Position numbers and translations under genes: made by a program. DNA of 64,000 nt. Origin: Phyllobates terribilis (taxonomy: Eukaryota). Positions 1 to 11,900 of this stretch are shown here, piece by piece. Numbering within the stretch: position 1 is the first letter of the stretch; each line of letters starts with the position of its first letter. The notes under the pieces were generated by a model. That model saw only the letters and a program-made list of their open reading frames with translations. It did not search any database and was not told where the DNA came from. The DNA lies in assembly GCF_046119375.1 (NCBI RefSeq), contig NW_027362770.1, positions 180,730,001 to 180,794,000 of the forward strand, given 5' to 3'.

Positions 1-53
1 GGTGCTCATTGGCCGCTGCCGGACCAATGAGCGACGCTTGATTTCCTGGACAG

Positions 54-89
<36 letters not shown>

Positions 90-114
90 GGGATAAGACG
101 ATTATATATATAGA
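1..114 (-). mobile_element. 5' end of a non-autonomous Helitron that runs off the window's left edge
   Basis: Minus strand reads A|TCTATATATATAATCGTCTTATCCCGTCTG(TCTG)n..., the same 5' terminus as the elements at 911, 14969 and 16235. Confidence 0.75.
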
Positions 115-649
115 TATTCTGTTTCATTCACATGCAGAAAAACATCCTTCGGTCGTAGAGGGTTATTAAAAGGGTTGGTCCAGTAACAGATAAGTGGCCA
201 TGTTTTTCAAATCCTTGCAACATTTATAGGGTCCACAGTGGTCAGATTTTCTGCAGATTGCTTCATCTCAGGTTCTGTGCTGATCTCAGTGATAAGAGGT
301 TTATGGTTGATATCAATGTCCATAAAGCTCGGGCTGTACAGCGACTTCTCCTCAAGTTTGGGCCGCAGTAAAATCATCTCAGTATTTACCTATTTTCAAA
401 AAAGTTGCTCGACTAATTCTCACATAGTCGGAAATCTTTTTGAGGAACCTTAGTAGAATAATCTAAGGATGTTGTGCTTTGTGGATGTTTTGACCAAAAA
501 AACCTACATGTTCTGCATTTATAGGAATAACGGTAAAAGATGCGACAATAACAATTCATATTAATACACCCCCAAAGAAACAGACCCTTCATGAGGCTCC
601 TCCCACTGGCTGAATCCCCCACCAATCATATATTCTGCTCCCTGTGATG

Positions 650-910
650 TCACCAGTCACTCGTGACATTTCTTCTATGATGATGATGGTTCCTCAATGC
701 TGCTACTCCTGATATTTTTATAGACCCTCCACATGCACAAAATGCAGCATAAAGGGGCTCTTTGAAGGCGGCAGTGAAGGTGTGTAAGTGTCTGATGGGG
801 TCACACAGCTCATAAAATGACAACTGCCCAGCCTCATAATCCAGACATATGCTGACTCCATCACTGGAGATCTAGTGAGGTAACTGGATCGCTTTACCAT
901 CATAGCAACA
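650..910 (-). pseudogene. C-terminal B30.2/PRY-SPRY exon remnant of a TRIM-like gene, with an in-frame stop
   Basis: Manual translation from 910 downward gives CCYDGKAIQLPH*ISSDGVSICLDYEAGQLSFYELCDPIRHLHTFTAAFKEPLYAAFCACGGSIKISG. LDYEAGQLSFY and HTF..F.EPL are typical SPRY C-terminal motifs. TAG is at 872-874. The segment is cut at 910 by a Helitron. Confidence 0.75.
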
Positions 911-2817
911 TCTATATATATATATATATATATATAATTGTGTCTCTCTGTCTGTCTAGGAAATCCCGCGTCGCTCATTGGTCCGGCAGCGGCCAATCAG
1001 CGCCGCGGGATTTCTGAAAAAAGATGGCGGCCGTTAGCGGCTCATCTGCGGGACGGAGCTCAGCGGCGATGTAGCCGGGAGATGAGCGCCGCGAGGCGCT
1101 CATCTCCCGGCCGGTAGCAGCAGAAGGACCTCGACCGCTGGACCCATCTGCGGGACCGAGATGCAGCCGGGAGATGAGCGGCGCGAGGCGCTCATCTCCC
1201 GGCCGGTAGCAGCGTAAGGACCGCCGACGTCGCTGACCTCCATGCGGAAGGGAGGACCGGGGAGCAGCGCTGCGGGTCGGAATACTTCTGCTGCGAGCGC
1301 CCGCTCATGTCCCGGGTTCTCGCTGCGGAACTATCCGCACAGGCAGCGCCGCTCCCCGGTCCTCACCAAGACAATTCGATGATTGGTCGCGATCTTCGGA
1401 CCCGACCAATCACTGATCTTGCCGCAAAAGTTAAACACTAGTTTGCTGATTGGTCGCGGATGCTGCCCGCGACCAATCACCGATTTGGGCGCCAAATTTA
1501 AATATCGGCCGCGACCAATCACCGATCTTGGCTCCACATTTAAACACCGCTGTGCTGATTGGTCGCGGCCGATATTTAAATTTGGCGCCCAAATCGGTGA
1601 TTGGTCGCGGGCAGCGTCCGCGACCAATCAGCACAGTAGTGTTTAACTTTTGCGGCAAGATCAGTGATTGGTCGCGGGCCAAGACCGCGACCAATCACCG
1701 ATTTGTGAATCACATTTAAATAGCGGCCGCGACCAATTGGATGTCAGCGCCGCTCCCCGGTCCTCACCGATTTTGGCGCCACATTTAAATAGCGTCGGCG
1801 ACCAATCAGCGATTTTTAACACAAATGTCCGGACCTTTGTAACACCATGCGGATACTGTGGGGACATCAGCGGCTAGGGTGTGAAGTGAGGACCGGGGAG
1901 CGGCGCTGACATCCAATGCGGATACTGTTGGGAGATCAGCGGCTAGGGTGTGAAGGGAGGACCGGGGAGCGGCGCTGCGGGTCGGGATACTTCTGCTGCG
2001 AGCAGTCGCTCATGTCCCGGGTTCTCGCAGCGGAAGTAGCCGCACAGGCAGCGGCGCTCCCCGGTCCTCACTAATACGATTCCGCTCCCCACCAATACAA
2101 TTCGCTGATTGGTCGCGCTCTCCGCACGCGACCAATCAGTGATCTTGGCGCTAAAGTTAAACACCGCTCTGCTGATTGGTCACGGCCGCTGCCCGCGACC
2201 AATCACCGATTTGGGCGCCACATTTAAATAGCGACCAATCACCGATCTTGCCGCCACATTTAAACACTGCTGTGCTAATTGGTCGCGGACGCCAGCCGCG
2301 ACCAATCAGCGAGCTTGGCGCCAAATTTAAACAACGCTCTGCTGATTGGATGCGTCTGGCGTCCGCGACCTATCAGCGAGATTGGCGCCAAATTTAAACA
2401 ACGCTCTGCTGATTGATCGCTGGCCGAGATCTATCAGCAGTATTGGCGCAAAATTGAAACAACGCTCTGCTGATTGGTCGCGGACGCCAGACGCGTCCAA
2501 TCAGCGAAATTGGCGCCAAATTTAAACAACGCTCTGCTGATTGATCGCGGTCGCCAGCCTCGACCAATCAGCAGAGCGATGCAGAGCGGGGTTTAAATTT
2601 GGCCCCAAAATCGCTGATTAGTCGCATCTGACGGCCGCGACCAATCAGCAGAGCGTTGTTTAAATTTTGCGCCAAAATCGCTGATTGGTCGTGGCCGGCG
2701 GCCTCGACCAATCAGCGATTTTGGCGCCAAATTTAAACACCGCTCTGCTGATTGCACCCTGTCGGCCGCATACATATTCTAGAATACCCGATGCATTAGA
2801 ATTGGGCCACCATCTAG
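911..2817 (+). mobile_element. Non-autonomous Helitron
   Basis: A|TC 5' end at 911. The 3' end has a hairpin (CCCGAT-GCATTAGA-ATTGGG, 2787-2806) followed by CCACCATCTAG|T ending at 2817. No TSD. The interior is a GC-rich palindromic array shared with the RepHel copy at 48.9-51.0 kb. Confidence 0.85.
1370..2760. repeat. Helitron-internal array of palindromic modules (TGATTGGTCGCGG-N6-8-CCGCGACCAATCA alternating with TTTGGCGCCAAATTTAAA)
   Basis: The motifs recur at roughly 30-bp and 60-bp spacing and are read directly from the sequence. Confidence 0.9.
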
Positions 2818-3234
2818 TCTAGTATATATAACCTGTAATATTATACTATTCAAGAAAGGCATCCAGGCCCTTCTTAAATTTTAGTAGTGAATCACTCATT
2901 ACAACATCATGCGGCAGAGCAGTGGCGTACCGCCAATGGCGGCAGGCCACGAGACTGCTATGGGCCCCTGCTCCTGCCCCCATGATCCGCCGCCGCTGCA
3001 GGCTGCAACTAGATTGCCGGCACTTCCTCAGACATAGCTGCGGCTGTGTATGGTAGTAATGACACGCAGGGGCGACACTGCACCTTTAATTGTGCTTGTA
3101 TGTCGCCCCTACCGCGTCATTACTAGCAGACACAGCCACACACAGCGCAGCTACGTCTGGGGAAGTGCCGGCAGACAAGCTGCAGCGCCGGAGTGAGGTC
3201 CTGGCTGTACAGATGCTGGGGGAGCGGCCCGGAC

Positions 3235-3455
3235 CCAGACGGTGAGGGGACCCCCCTGATGGTCCAGGGCCTTGACTGTGAGGGGACCATCCTGATGGTC
3301 CAGGGCCTTCACTGTGAGGGGACCATCCTGATGGTTCAGGGCCTCAAAGGTGAGGGGCCCCCCCTGATGGTCCAGGGGACCCGACGGTGAGGTAGCCCCC
3401 CTGATGGTCCAGGGCCCCGACAGAGAACGAGCCCCCCTGATGGTCCAGGGCCATG
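3235..3455 (+). repeat. Short tandem repeat (GAGGG..CCCCCTGATGGTCCAGGGCC, about 33-36 bp, about 6 copies)
   Basis: Visible direct repeats. Confidence 0.8.
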
Positions 3456-3529
3456 TCTGTGATGACCATCAGACAGGTAAGGGAGGCTTGTCGCCAGATT
3501 CCCCAATCCCCAATTTAAATATATTTCTA

Positions 3530-4290
3530 ATGTGTCTTGTGTGTGTGTGTGTGTGTATGACTGTGTATATATATTTATTTCTGTTTTATGTGTTTTTAAG
3601 AATGTGTTCAAATATGTGTGTCTGTATGTGTACATATCTGTGTGTGTTTGCGTGCATGTCTGCGTACTGTGTGTGCGTGCATGTCTGCGTACTGTGTGTG
3701 TGATCGCATGTCTGTGTACTGTGTATGCTATTGCATGTCTGCATACCGTGTGTGTGATCCATGTCTGCATACCGCGTGTGTGTGATAGCATGTCTGCGTA
3801 CCGTTTGTGTGTGCTCACGTCTGCCTACCGTGTGTGCTCACATGTCTGTGTACCGTGTGTGTGATGGCATGTCTGCATACCGTGTGTGTGTGATCGCAGG
3901 TTTGTGTACCATGTGTGATCGCATGTCTGCATACTGTGTGTGAGATCGCATGTCTGCGTACTGTGTGTGTGATCGCATGTCTGCATACCGTGTGTGTGCC
4001 TGTCTGCGTACTGTGTGTGAGATCGCATGTCTGCGTTCTGTGTGAGATCGCATGTCTGCGTACCGTGTGCGCATGTCGGCATACTGTGTGCATGCGCGCA
4101 TGTCGGCATACTGTGTGTGCACGCGCGTCTGCATACTGTGTGTGCACGCGCGTCTGCATACTGTGTGTGTGTGCGTGCATATCTTCATACTGTGTGTGTG
4201 CTCGTGCATGTCTGCGTTCTGTGTGTGTACATGTCTGCGTACTGTGTGTGTGCACGCGCATGTCTGCTTACTGTGTGTGTATGTTTACAT
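3530..4290 (+). repeat. TG-rich minisatellite (GCATGTCTGCGTACTGTGTGTGTGATC-like, about 24-28 bp unit)
   Basis: Visible tandem repeats. They explain the C/V-rich and H/T-rich spurious ORFs. Confidence 0.9.
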
Positions 4291-4954
4291 ATGTGAAGGA
4301 CGAGGGCCCTGTGTACTATACCGATATTTCTCTGCCGTATCTGTGCATCATGAATGGTGGTATGTGCTAACGGGGCCCACTGAGACTCTTTCGCCCAGGG
4401 CCAACGAAAACCTGCAGCCGGCCATGGTTGAAATCAATGATGGAGGAGGGAGCATCATGTGACACTCCCTTTCCCATCATTTCTCCTCTGTGTCTGATGC
4501 AGTGGCATGATGACGCACCACGCTCTGTCAGACAGTGGAGCTGGCAGCTGCTGAGGTGATGAGAGAAACACGCTGCAGAGACTGAAGCAGCGGGGAACGA
4601 GGAGCGGTAAGTATGTATTTATTTTTTTTTAAATCAGTGAGTACTGATAATACTGGAGGACTGGGGCTGCATTTTACCCTATGGGGGGCTGCATTATACT
4701 GCGTACAGGACCATGGGGTGCATTATACTGTGTTGAGGACCATGGGGAGTGCATTATGATGTGTGGAGGACCATGGGGAGTGTATTATACTGTGTGGCTG
4801 TTACGCTTGCGCCCGGACTGACTGGCGTGAGCGTGATTAGTGATCCCACAGGCACGGCTGGAATGCAGACAGGCAGATACTGGCAGGTATGAACGCAGGC
4901 TGGATAGGGACCAGTACAGACTGGGATACAGGAACAGAGCCGCAGGTGCGGTGG

Positions 4955-5500
4955 ACTAGCAGAGCAAAACCGCAAGAGCGGTGAACAAGCAGAGCGGAGA
5001 AAAACCGCCGGTACGGTGAACAAGCAGAGCGGAGCAAAACCGCAGGAGCGGTGAACAAGCAGAGCAGAGCAAAACCGCAGGTGCAGTGAGCAAGCAGAGC
5101 GGAGCAAAACCGCAGGTGCGGTGAGCAAGCAGAGCGGAGCAAAACCGCAGGTGCGGTGAGCAAGCAAAGCGGAGCAAAACCGCAGGTGCGGTGAGCATGC
5201 AGAGCGGAGCAAAACCGCAGGTGCGGTGAGCAAGCAGAGCGGAGCAAAACCGCAGGTGCGGTGAACAAGCAGAGCGGAGCAAAACCGCGGGTGCGGCGAA
5301 CAAGCAGAGCGGAGCAAAACCGCAGGTGCGGCGAACAAGCAGAGCGGAGCAAAACCGCAGGTGCGGTGAGCAAGCAGAGCGGAGCAAAACCGCAGGTGCG
5401 GTAAACAAGCGGAACAGAGCGGAACCGCCGGAGCGGTGAACAAGCAGAGCAGAACAGAACCGCAGGTGCGGTAAACAAGCGGAGCAGAGCAGAACAAGCA
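4955..5500 (+). repeat. 35-bp minisatellite inside the solo LTR (AAGCAGAGCGGAGCAAAACCGCAGGTGCGGTGAGC)
   Basis: About 15 visible tandem copies. Confidence 0.9.
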
Positions 5501-5889
5501 GAGTAGAACAGAGCAGAAGGTGAAGGCAGACAGGACAGGGCTCTGTTCACATGGAACAGACTGGAAAATACAGGAAGATGGTTAGAAAACAGGAGGTAGA
5601 TACGGAGGCAGGGAAAGGGGACAAGCAGAACCAGATACACACAAGATACTTACAATGAAGTAGCGAGTGGACACAAAACTCACAAACAGAAGTACAGAGA
5701 CAACGAGTTGGAGTTAGGTGCAGGTTCAGACACTGCAGGCAAAGGGAAGGTACGGACATAGAGAGAAACAAGTAACGGGCTAGGACACTGTTCAAACAGC
5801 AGTGGACACCGCTTTGGGACTATAGGACCATTTCCAGGATGCACAGGACTTATTCCAGTTTCCAGAGGCACTTGCCCTCATCCCTGGAC

Positions 5890-5965
5890 TTATTCCAATC
5901 CAATATCTGATTGTATTGATGAAGGCCACTGACAGGCCGAAACGTCTATTTTTTTTGGGATTGGA
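5890..5965 (+). ncRNA. Degenerate minimal type I hammerhead ribozyme motif (Penelope/retrozyme-like)
   Basis: TTGATGA(5916-22)-A-GGCC-actgaca-GGCC-GAAAC-GTC(5946). The core CUGAUGA carries C>U. Stem III is the palindrome ACGT. AATAAA lies downstream. Confidence 0.55.
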
Positions 5966-6809
5966 CTATGATTGTAATAAATTTTCACATTTACTATTAT
6001 TCGGGTTAGGCCCCTACTCGAGCACCTTTTTCTAGCGGTGGTGCGGTGATACACTCTTCTACTGTTCAGACAGGAACTGAACCGGGAACAAGATACAGGA
6101 ACGAGCCTGGGAACTCAGCCCCCAGGGTGGCGGAAACAGACTAGAAGTCACAGGTACAGGAAAAGGCCCTGGGTACTCAGCCCCCAGGGTGGCAGACAGA
6201 CTAGAGTCAGGACAGGACCTGGCACCTCAGTTGCAAAAGACAAACTGAGTGAAAGTGTTGCTCAGGCACCTCCTACTGGGTGGAGGGGGTTTAAGTATCC
6301 AGTGACTCACAGCAATAGGCTGGGGACGCATTAGGACTGTGCACACAGTAGCTATAAGAAACAAGCAGAAAGCCGCGCAGACGCCCTAAGTAATCAGACA
6401 AGAGACATGGACACAGCAGGTACTGGAGCAAAGAGTGCAGCATGGACTGACAGGTAAGATTGCTTTCTTGCATGGTGGGAGGTGGTGCACCATGCAAGCA
6501 CGCCGCCAGGGATGTTACAGTGGCGGGCCATGGCAAGTGCATTATACTGTGTTAAGGACCATGGCGTGTGCATTATACTGTGTGGAGGACCATGGCGAGT
6601 GTCTTATACGGTGTGGAGGACCATGGCGAGTACATTATACTCTGTGGAGTGTGGAGAGTTGTGGGGCCATTATACTGTATGTAGGGCCATTATACTGTAC
6701 TAGATGGTGGCCCGATTCTAATGCATCGGGTATTCTAGAATATGCATGCGGCTGACCGGGTGCGACTAAGCAGCGAAGCAGTGTTTAAATGGGTTGTGCA
6801 CTACTTTAA

Positions 6810-8082
6810 CCCCTTAAATACCGGTGACGTATTAGTACGCATATTTGCGTACTGCTCGTTCAGTGAGGGCTGCTGCGCTGAGCCCTCACTGAACGGAGCA
6901 CATGTCAGCTGATTCTTACAGCTGACATGTGCCCGCAACAGCCGCGGGTGGAATCGCGATCCACCCGCGGCTGTTAACATGTTAAATGCCCCTGTCAATC
7001 TCTGACAGCAGCATTTAACGCGCGCTTCCGGGTAGCGCGTCATAAGCCCCGCCCACCGGCGACCCCGTCACGTGATCGCGGGTCGCCGATGGGTGGGCAT
7101 GACAACCCAGGGTCTGCAGCAGATGCCTGTGGTTGTCATGATCTTGTCGCTATGAGCGCCACCTAGTGGTCGGCGCTCATAGCACAGGACCATTTCTGCT
7201 ACATGCAGGGGACCTGCTCGTCCCCTGTATGTAGCAGAGGCGATCGGATAGTTGCTGCTACTAGTCTCCTATGGAGACTATTGAAGCATGCAAAAAGTAA
7301 AAAAAAAAAGTTTTTAAAAAAATAAAAAAAAAATAAAAAAAATATAAAAGTTTAAATCACCCCCCTTTTGCCCCATTCAAAATAAAATAAAAAATAAACC
7401 CCACATACACATATTTTGTATCGCCGCGTTCAGAATCGCCCGATCTATCAATATAAAAAAAAATTCATCCGATCGGTAAACGGCGTAACGAGAAAAAAAT
7501 TCTAAACGCCAGAATTACGTTTTTTGGTCGACGCAAAATTGCAATAAAATGCAATAACGGGCGATCAAAACATCGGATCTACCCCAAATGTTATCAATAA
7601 AAATGTCAGCCCGGTGCGCAAAAAATAAGCCATCAACCAGTCCCAGATCCCGAAAAATGGAGACGCTACGGGTCTTAGAAAATGGCGCTATTTTTTTTTT
7701 TTACCAAATTTTGGAATTTTTTTTCACCACTTAAATATAAAAGAACCTATACATGTTTGGTGTCTATGAGCTCGTAATGACCTGTAGAATAAGAAGGGCA
7801 GGTCAGTTTTAGCATTCAGTGAACGTGGTAAAAAAAAAACAGAAAAACAAACAACTGTGGTATTGCACTTTTTTTGCAATTTTACCGCACTTGGAATTTT
7901 TTTCCCGTTTTCCCATACAGGATATGGTAAAACTAGTAATGGCGTTGAAAAGTACAACTCGTCCCGCAAAAAATAAGCCCTCACATGGCCATATTGACCA
8001 AAAAATAAAAACGCTATTGCTCTGGGAACAAGGGGAGCAAAAACGAAAATGCAAAACGGAAAATGCTCCGGGGCTTAAGGGG
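6810..8082. mobile_element. Non-autonomous TTAA-target (piggyBac-like) DNA transposon inserted in Helitron copy 1
   Basis: TTAA TSD at 6806-6809 and 8083-8086, with CCCCTTAA...TTAAGGGG termini. Absent at the matching site of copy 2 (about 62370). Confidence 0.85.
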
Positions 8083-8923
8083 TTAAATTAACTTCACAAT
8101 ATATCCCCTTGGTGCCCCTAATGAATTTTGTCATTACGTCATGTTGTCAATACTGCTTGTGACGACATCGCTGACGACGCACAGCCAGCACGTAATTCTC
8201 CTGCCTGCAGCCGGATCTTGCTTCCGTTTACATCACGACTATTTGCGGCTGTAGCCGGGGGTCTGCTGTTCCGCGCACCACAGTGAATGACGGGCTCTGG
8301 GCGGGGTTATCCCACATCGTGTCACATCCAGCATCCACAGCGCGGTCTGTCAATGTGGTTTGTATGGCTCCGTCATTCCTCTAATCATGGTTTGTATGGC
8401 TGACTTATTTTGGATTGTACGCCTTCCTCATCTTAGCATGTATGGCCCCCTTATCCTGGTTTTGTATGACCTACTCATTCCCCCATCTCTACAGCACAGT
8501 TCAAAATCTAAACCCTAATCGTCCTTGTTTCCTTTTCTCTGCTCTAGCGCTGTCTGTCCTGTTTTCAGCAGCTCCTCGCAGGATGTGAGGCACAGCACGC
8601 GCTCTCAGATACTGCTGTGATTAGCTGCTGTCTGTAGATTCGCTGCTTTCCACGCCGGGACTAAGTGCGTGGAGAGGCACAAATCTGCATTCACTTTAGT
8701 AGCAGATGCTGCAGATGCCGCTATGAAGATTTAACAATAATACAATGAATACACAAAATAATACTTTATTAACTATTATTGGTTATAGAACTTAATACAA
8801 CTGAACCAAAATTATTAAACAGATGATCAAAATATATAAACCATTCCATGAATATGTAACAATATTTTAAAATAAATCATCGGACAAAAGAAGTACGACC
8901 GTAGAATATATTTCTTAACAATA

Positions 8924-11900
8924 TCAACCTAAAATATTTTTATACACTACATTTTTGGTGAATACTTTTGGACTATCTGGAAGCAACTTTCCTTGTAAAT
9001 GGGTATCCAAAACTTGCACCTTGACACTGGATCTCATTTTAACTCTTGAAAATGCAACATAGAGTTGTCCATGTCCAAAAACGTGCTCCGGTAAATATAT
9101 GCCAACACGGTGTAGCGTTTGACCTTGTGACTTGTTTAGTGTCATGGCAAATGCTGGTTTTACTGGAAACTGTCGACGTCGAAGCCTAAATGGAAGACCG
9201 GTGTCTGAAGGACATAAATCAATGCGTGGAATGAACACTTCCTCTCCTTTTGCAGATCCAGTGATCACTGTTGCTTGAATTATGTGGAAATGGAGTCCAG
9301 TAACAATAAGGCGAGTTCCATTACATAGACCATTTCTTGTATTTAGATTCCGAAGCAACATTACGATTGCTCCAACTTTAAGTTGTAGTCTGTGGGATGG
9401 CATTCCTGATGGCGTAACACTATTTAAAAATTCAACTGGATAATGCTCTCGCTCATCTTCATTGTCGACATCCACCGAATCATCACTTTTGTACAATTTA
9501 TACTCTCCAGGCATTCTATCCATCACACGGGAATTTAGCAGAGCTACGTCATCGTTCTTGGGACAGAGAATTGCATAGGAAGAGGCCCTCTCAACACTGC
9601 TTTGGTTGTTCACATCTATTTCAACGCGTTGTCCAAAAACATCACTTATGATGCAGTCAGTGCACAACATGTCTTCTGGTATTTCAATAATGTCTTCTCC
9701 AAGGTTATATTCATTGCTCAGTTCACCATTACCAAGTTTAAGAAGCCAGTTGCTGTACTCTGGGTCAGAAGATCGCATGTTGTTAATTAGTTGTAGTTTA
9801 TTAAACTCTTTCCAAAGGTCTGACATTTTTAAGGTTGACTCGATAATATTTGTTCTTGTTCCATTCGGTACAACTGGAAGGCATTGCCTAAAATCTCCGC
9901 CAAGGACAAAAACTTTACCTCCAAAAGGAATTTAATTTTTTTCAGCAATATTTGTAGTCATAACTTCACGCAGAAGTCTGTCAAATAAGCTCAAAGCATA
10001 TTTGGGTGCCATGGTGCACTCATCAAGTATCAAAAGATTTGCACTGTTCAACTGTTTTCCTGCAAATGTGTCTTGTTTGATTCTGGAAACGGAGATTTCA
10101 TTGACCGGAACTGGTATCCCAAAGAGTGAATGCATAGTGCGACCTCCTCTTAAAAGGTTTGCTGCAATACCTGTTGTAGCCGATGGCAATACGACTTTTC
10201 CTAACCCTCTAACGTGATGCATTAAAACTTCATAGAGGTATGTTTTACCGCTGCCTCCAGGACCGTCAATAAAGAAACATTTTGGCGTTGGATCGGCTTG
10301 GTTTTCTATAGTGCTCACAATAGTGTCATATGCAATCCGTTGTTCTTGATTTAAGGAGTTTCTTCTCTGTTGCCAACAATAATTCAGAAGCTTCGTCATA
10401 CTCTTGAATTTGTGCAACTTGACTTGCAGGCTGTGGCAAATTAAAGTCTGAAAACGTTTTTCCATGCAGTAGTAGGATATTTTGGACATCTTGCATGGCA
10501 TAAGATTCGCAATTTTAACAATTTCCACTTTTGTTGTTAAGACGTAAGCAGTAATCTTCAATTATATGTTCTTTGAAATTTGTCCAAAGTTGAGCCGGAT
10601 TTGTAGGCAGTCCAAAGACACAAATGTAGGCAAACAATTCACGAAGTTTCTTAGGCATATTTTGGGGTACTGCGTCTTCTAAATAAGTGTCCACATAGTA
10701 TCATCCAATAGAAGTCCTAAAGCCAAAGCTGTAGCTTTAAATGTATCGTGCAATACTTCATTAACTGTTTTCAAATCTTCGTAACTTCTAGCTCCTTTGA
10801 CATGCAGTAGTAACAGCCGAAGGCAATATCTTTCTTGATCCTTGACACTAACAGTATACATGCGTCCAATTATTCTGCTAAGTCCTCGTTGTCTTGGCTT
10901 CCAAGTTTTATTCCAAACGTAATGCTCTGGAATCTCTCGATACAAATACTGCCTTGCGTTTTCGTCACGTTGGTTCAGCAAAAACCATTCCATTAATGTT
11001 GACGTTGTGCTTAAATTTTTTGAGACATCTTCGACTTGAGCATTTTCAAAGAAATAAAGCTGCTGTTGATTTGGTAAATGAATAGCTAAACGTATAATGG
11101 CATGGGACTGTGAATGCATTGGAAATGCAAATATTCTCCAAGCAGCTTCTGGAGCACTGACATATCTTGAGTCAACAAACCGTGATGATTCATCGTGATT
11201 GACTGTTTTTTGTTGTATTTCGACGTTAGCTTTGTCATGCCCCTTGTAGATGTACTTGAAAAGATATTTAAACACTTTTTTTTGAAGCGCAGATTTCAAC
11301 GTTGATGTAACAGTTGTAGCGTTTTAATAAGTACGGGTTGTATGGAACTATCCATGAGTTATTTATAATCTTTTTGTTGTGTACAATGTTATCAATCAGT
11401 TGTCTCCGGTAGGATGGGTAGCCGTCCAAATCTTTAACAGTTTGCTGTTTTAACTGCTTTGGAAACCCTTTTGTACACTTTCCGTTTTCCATGCATGGAC
11501 TTTTTGGATTTGCTACACCGCATGGACCATGAACCATATTACAGATTACAATATTATACAATTCAGGATACTTTTCTTGGTTAGGAATTTCAGCCCACAC
11601 TATGTTGTCAATTTCATCCTCCGTGCGAAATTTGGAATCCGCGTCTAAAATAATTCGTATATGCGCATGTGGGAGACCTCGCTTCTGAAACTCTATGACG
11701 TGTACCATTGCTACGACTGTTCCAAAAAGCCCATTTTTGATGTCTTTAAAAAGGCTGCTGAGTTTTAGTCGAAATACACGTGCAACTAAGTCCGGCCTGT
11801 GTTCAGCTTGCTGCCAGGGTTGTAGATTTTCGGTAATTTCCGGCCATTTAGGATTACAGGTCATTGTTAAAAAAAATGTCAGGTCTTCCATACTTTGTTA

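Larger units (their letters stand above)
2920..4426. mobile_element. Probable hAT-like MITE remnants enclosing minisatellites
   Basis: CAGTGGCGTACC-type end at 2920 and a GGGCCCACTGAGACTCTTTCGCCCAGGGCC...AGCCGGCCATG end at 4373-4426 resemble frog hAT-type termini. The two ends do not match each other and no TSD was found. Confidence 0.35.
4799..6519 (-). mobile_element. Solo LTR of a Gypsy (Tf1/sushi-like) retrotransposon
   Basis: TGTTAC...GTTACA termini with a perfect 5-bp TSD GTGGC (4794-4798 and 6520-6524). The minus strand carries CTTAGGGCG..GCGCG and GGAGGTGCCTGAGCAA motifs that match the chromovirus LTR at 37568. Confidence 0.85.
4660..6699 (+). repeat. About 30-bp minisatellite (GTGCATTATACTGTGTGGAGGACCATGG) split in two by the solo LTR at 4799-6519
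   Basis: The same unit occurs at 4660-4798 and at 6525-6699. Confidence 0.8.

Noticed and set aside
130-640. Short minus-strand frames (for example LLRPKLEEKSLYSPSFMD..., and a Cys-rich 70-aa ORF)
   Set aside because: No recognisable domain or splice support. This is probably 3' UTR or flank of the TRIM remnant.
1331-2775. Many overlapping 60-110 aa ORFs in the Helitron arrays (also 13.8-15 kb and 49-51 kb)
   Set aside because: They are generated by palindromic repeat modules and give near-identical peptides on both strands.
3336-5640. Cys/Val-, His/Thr- and Leu/Ala-rich ORFs
   Set aside because: They are translations of TG-rich and 35-bp minisatellites.
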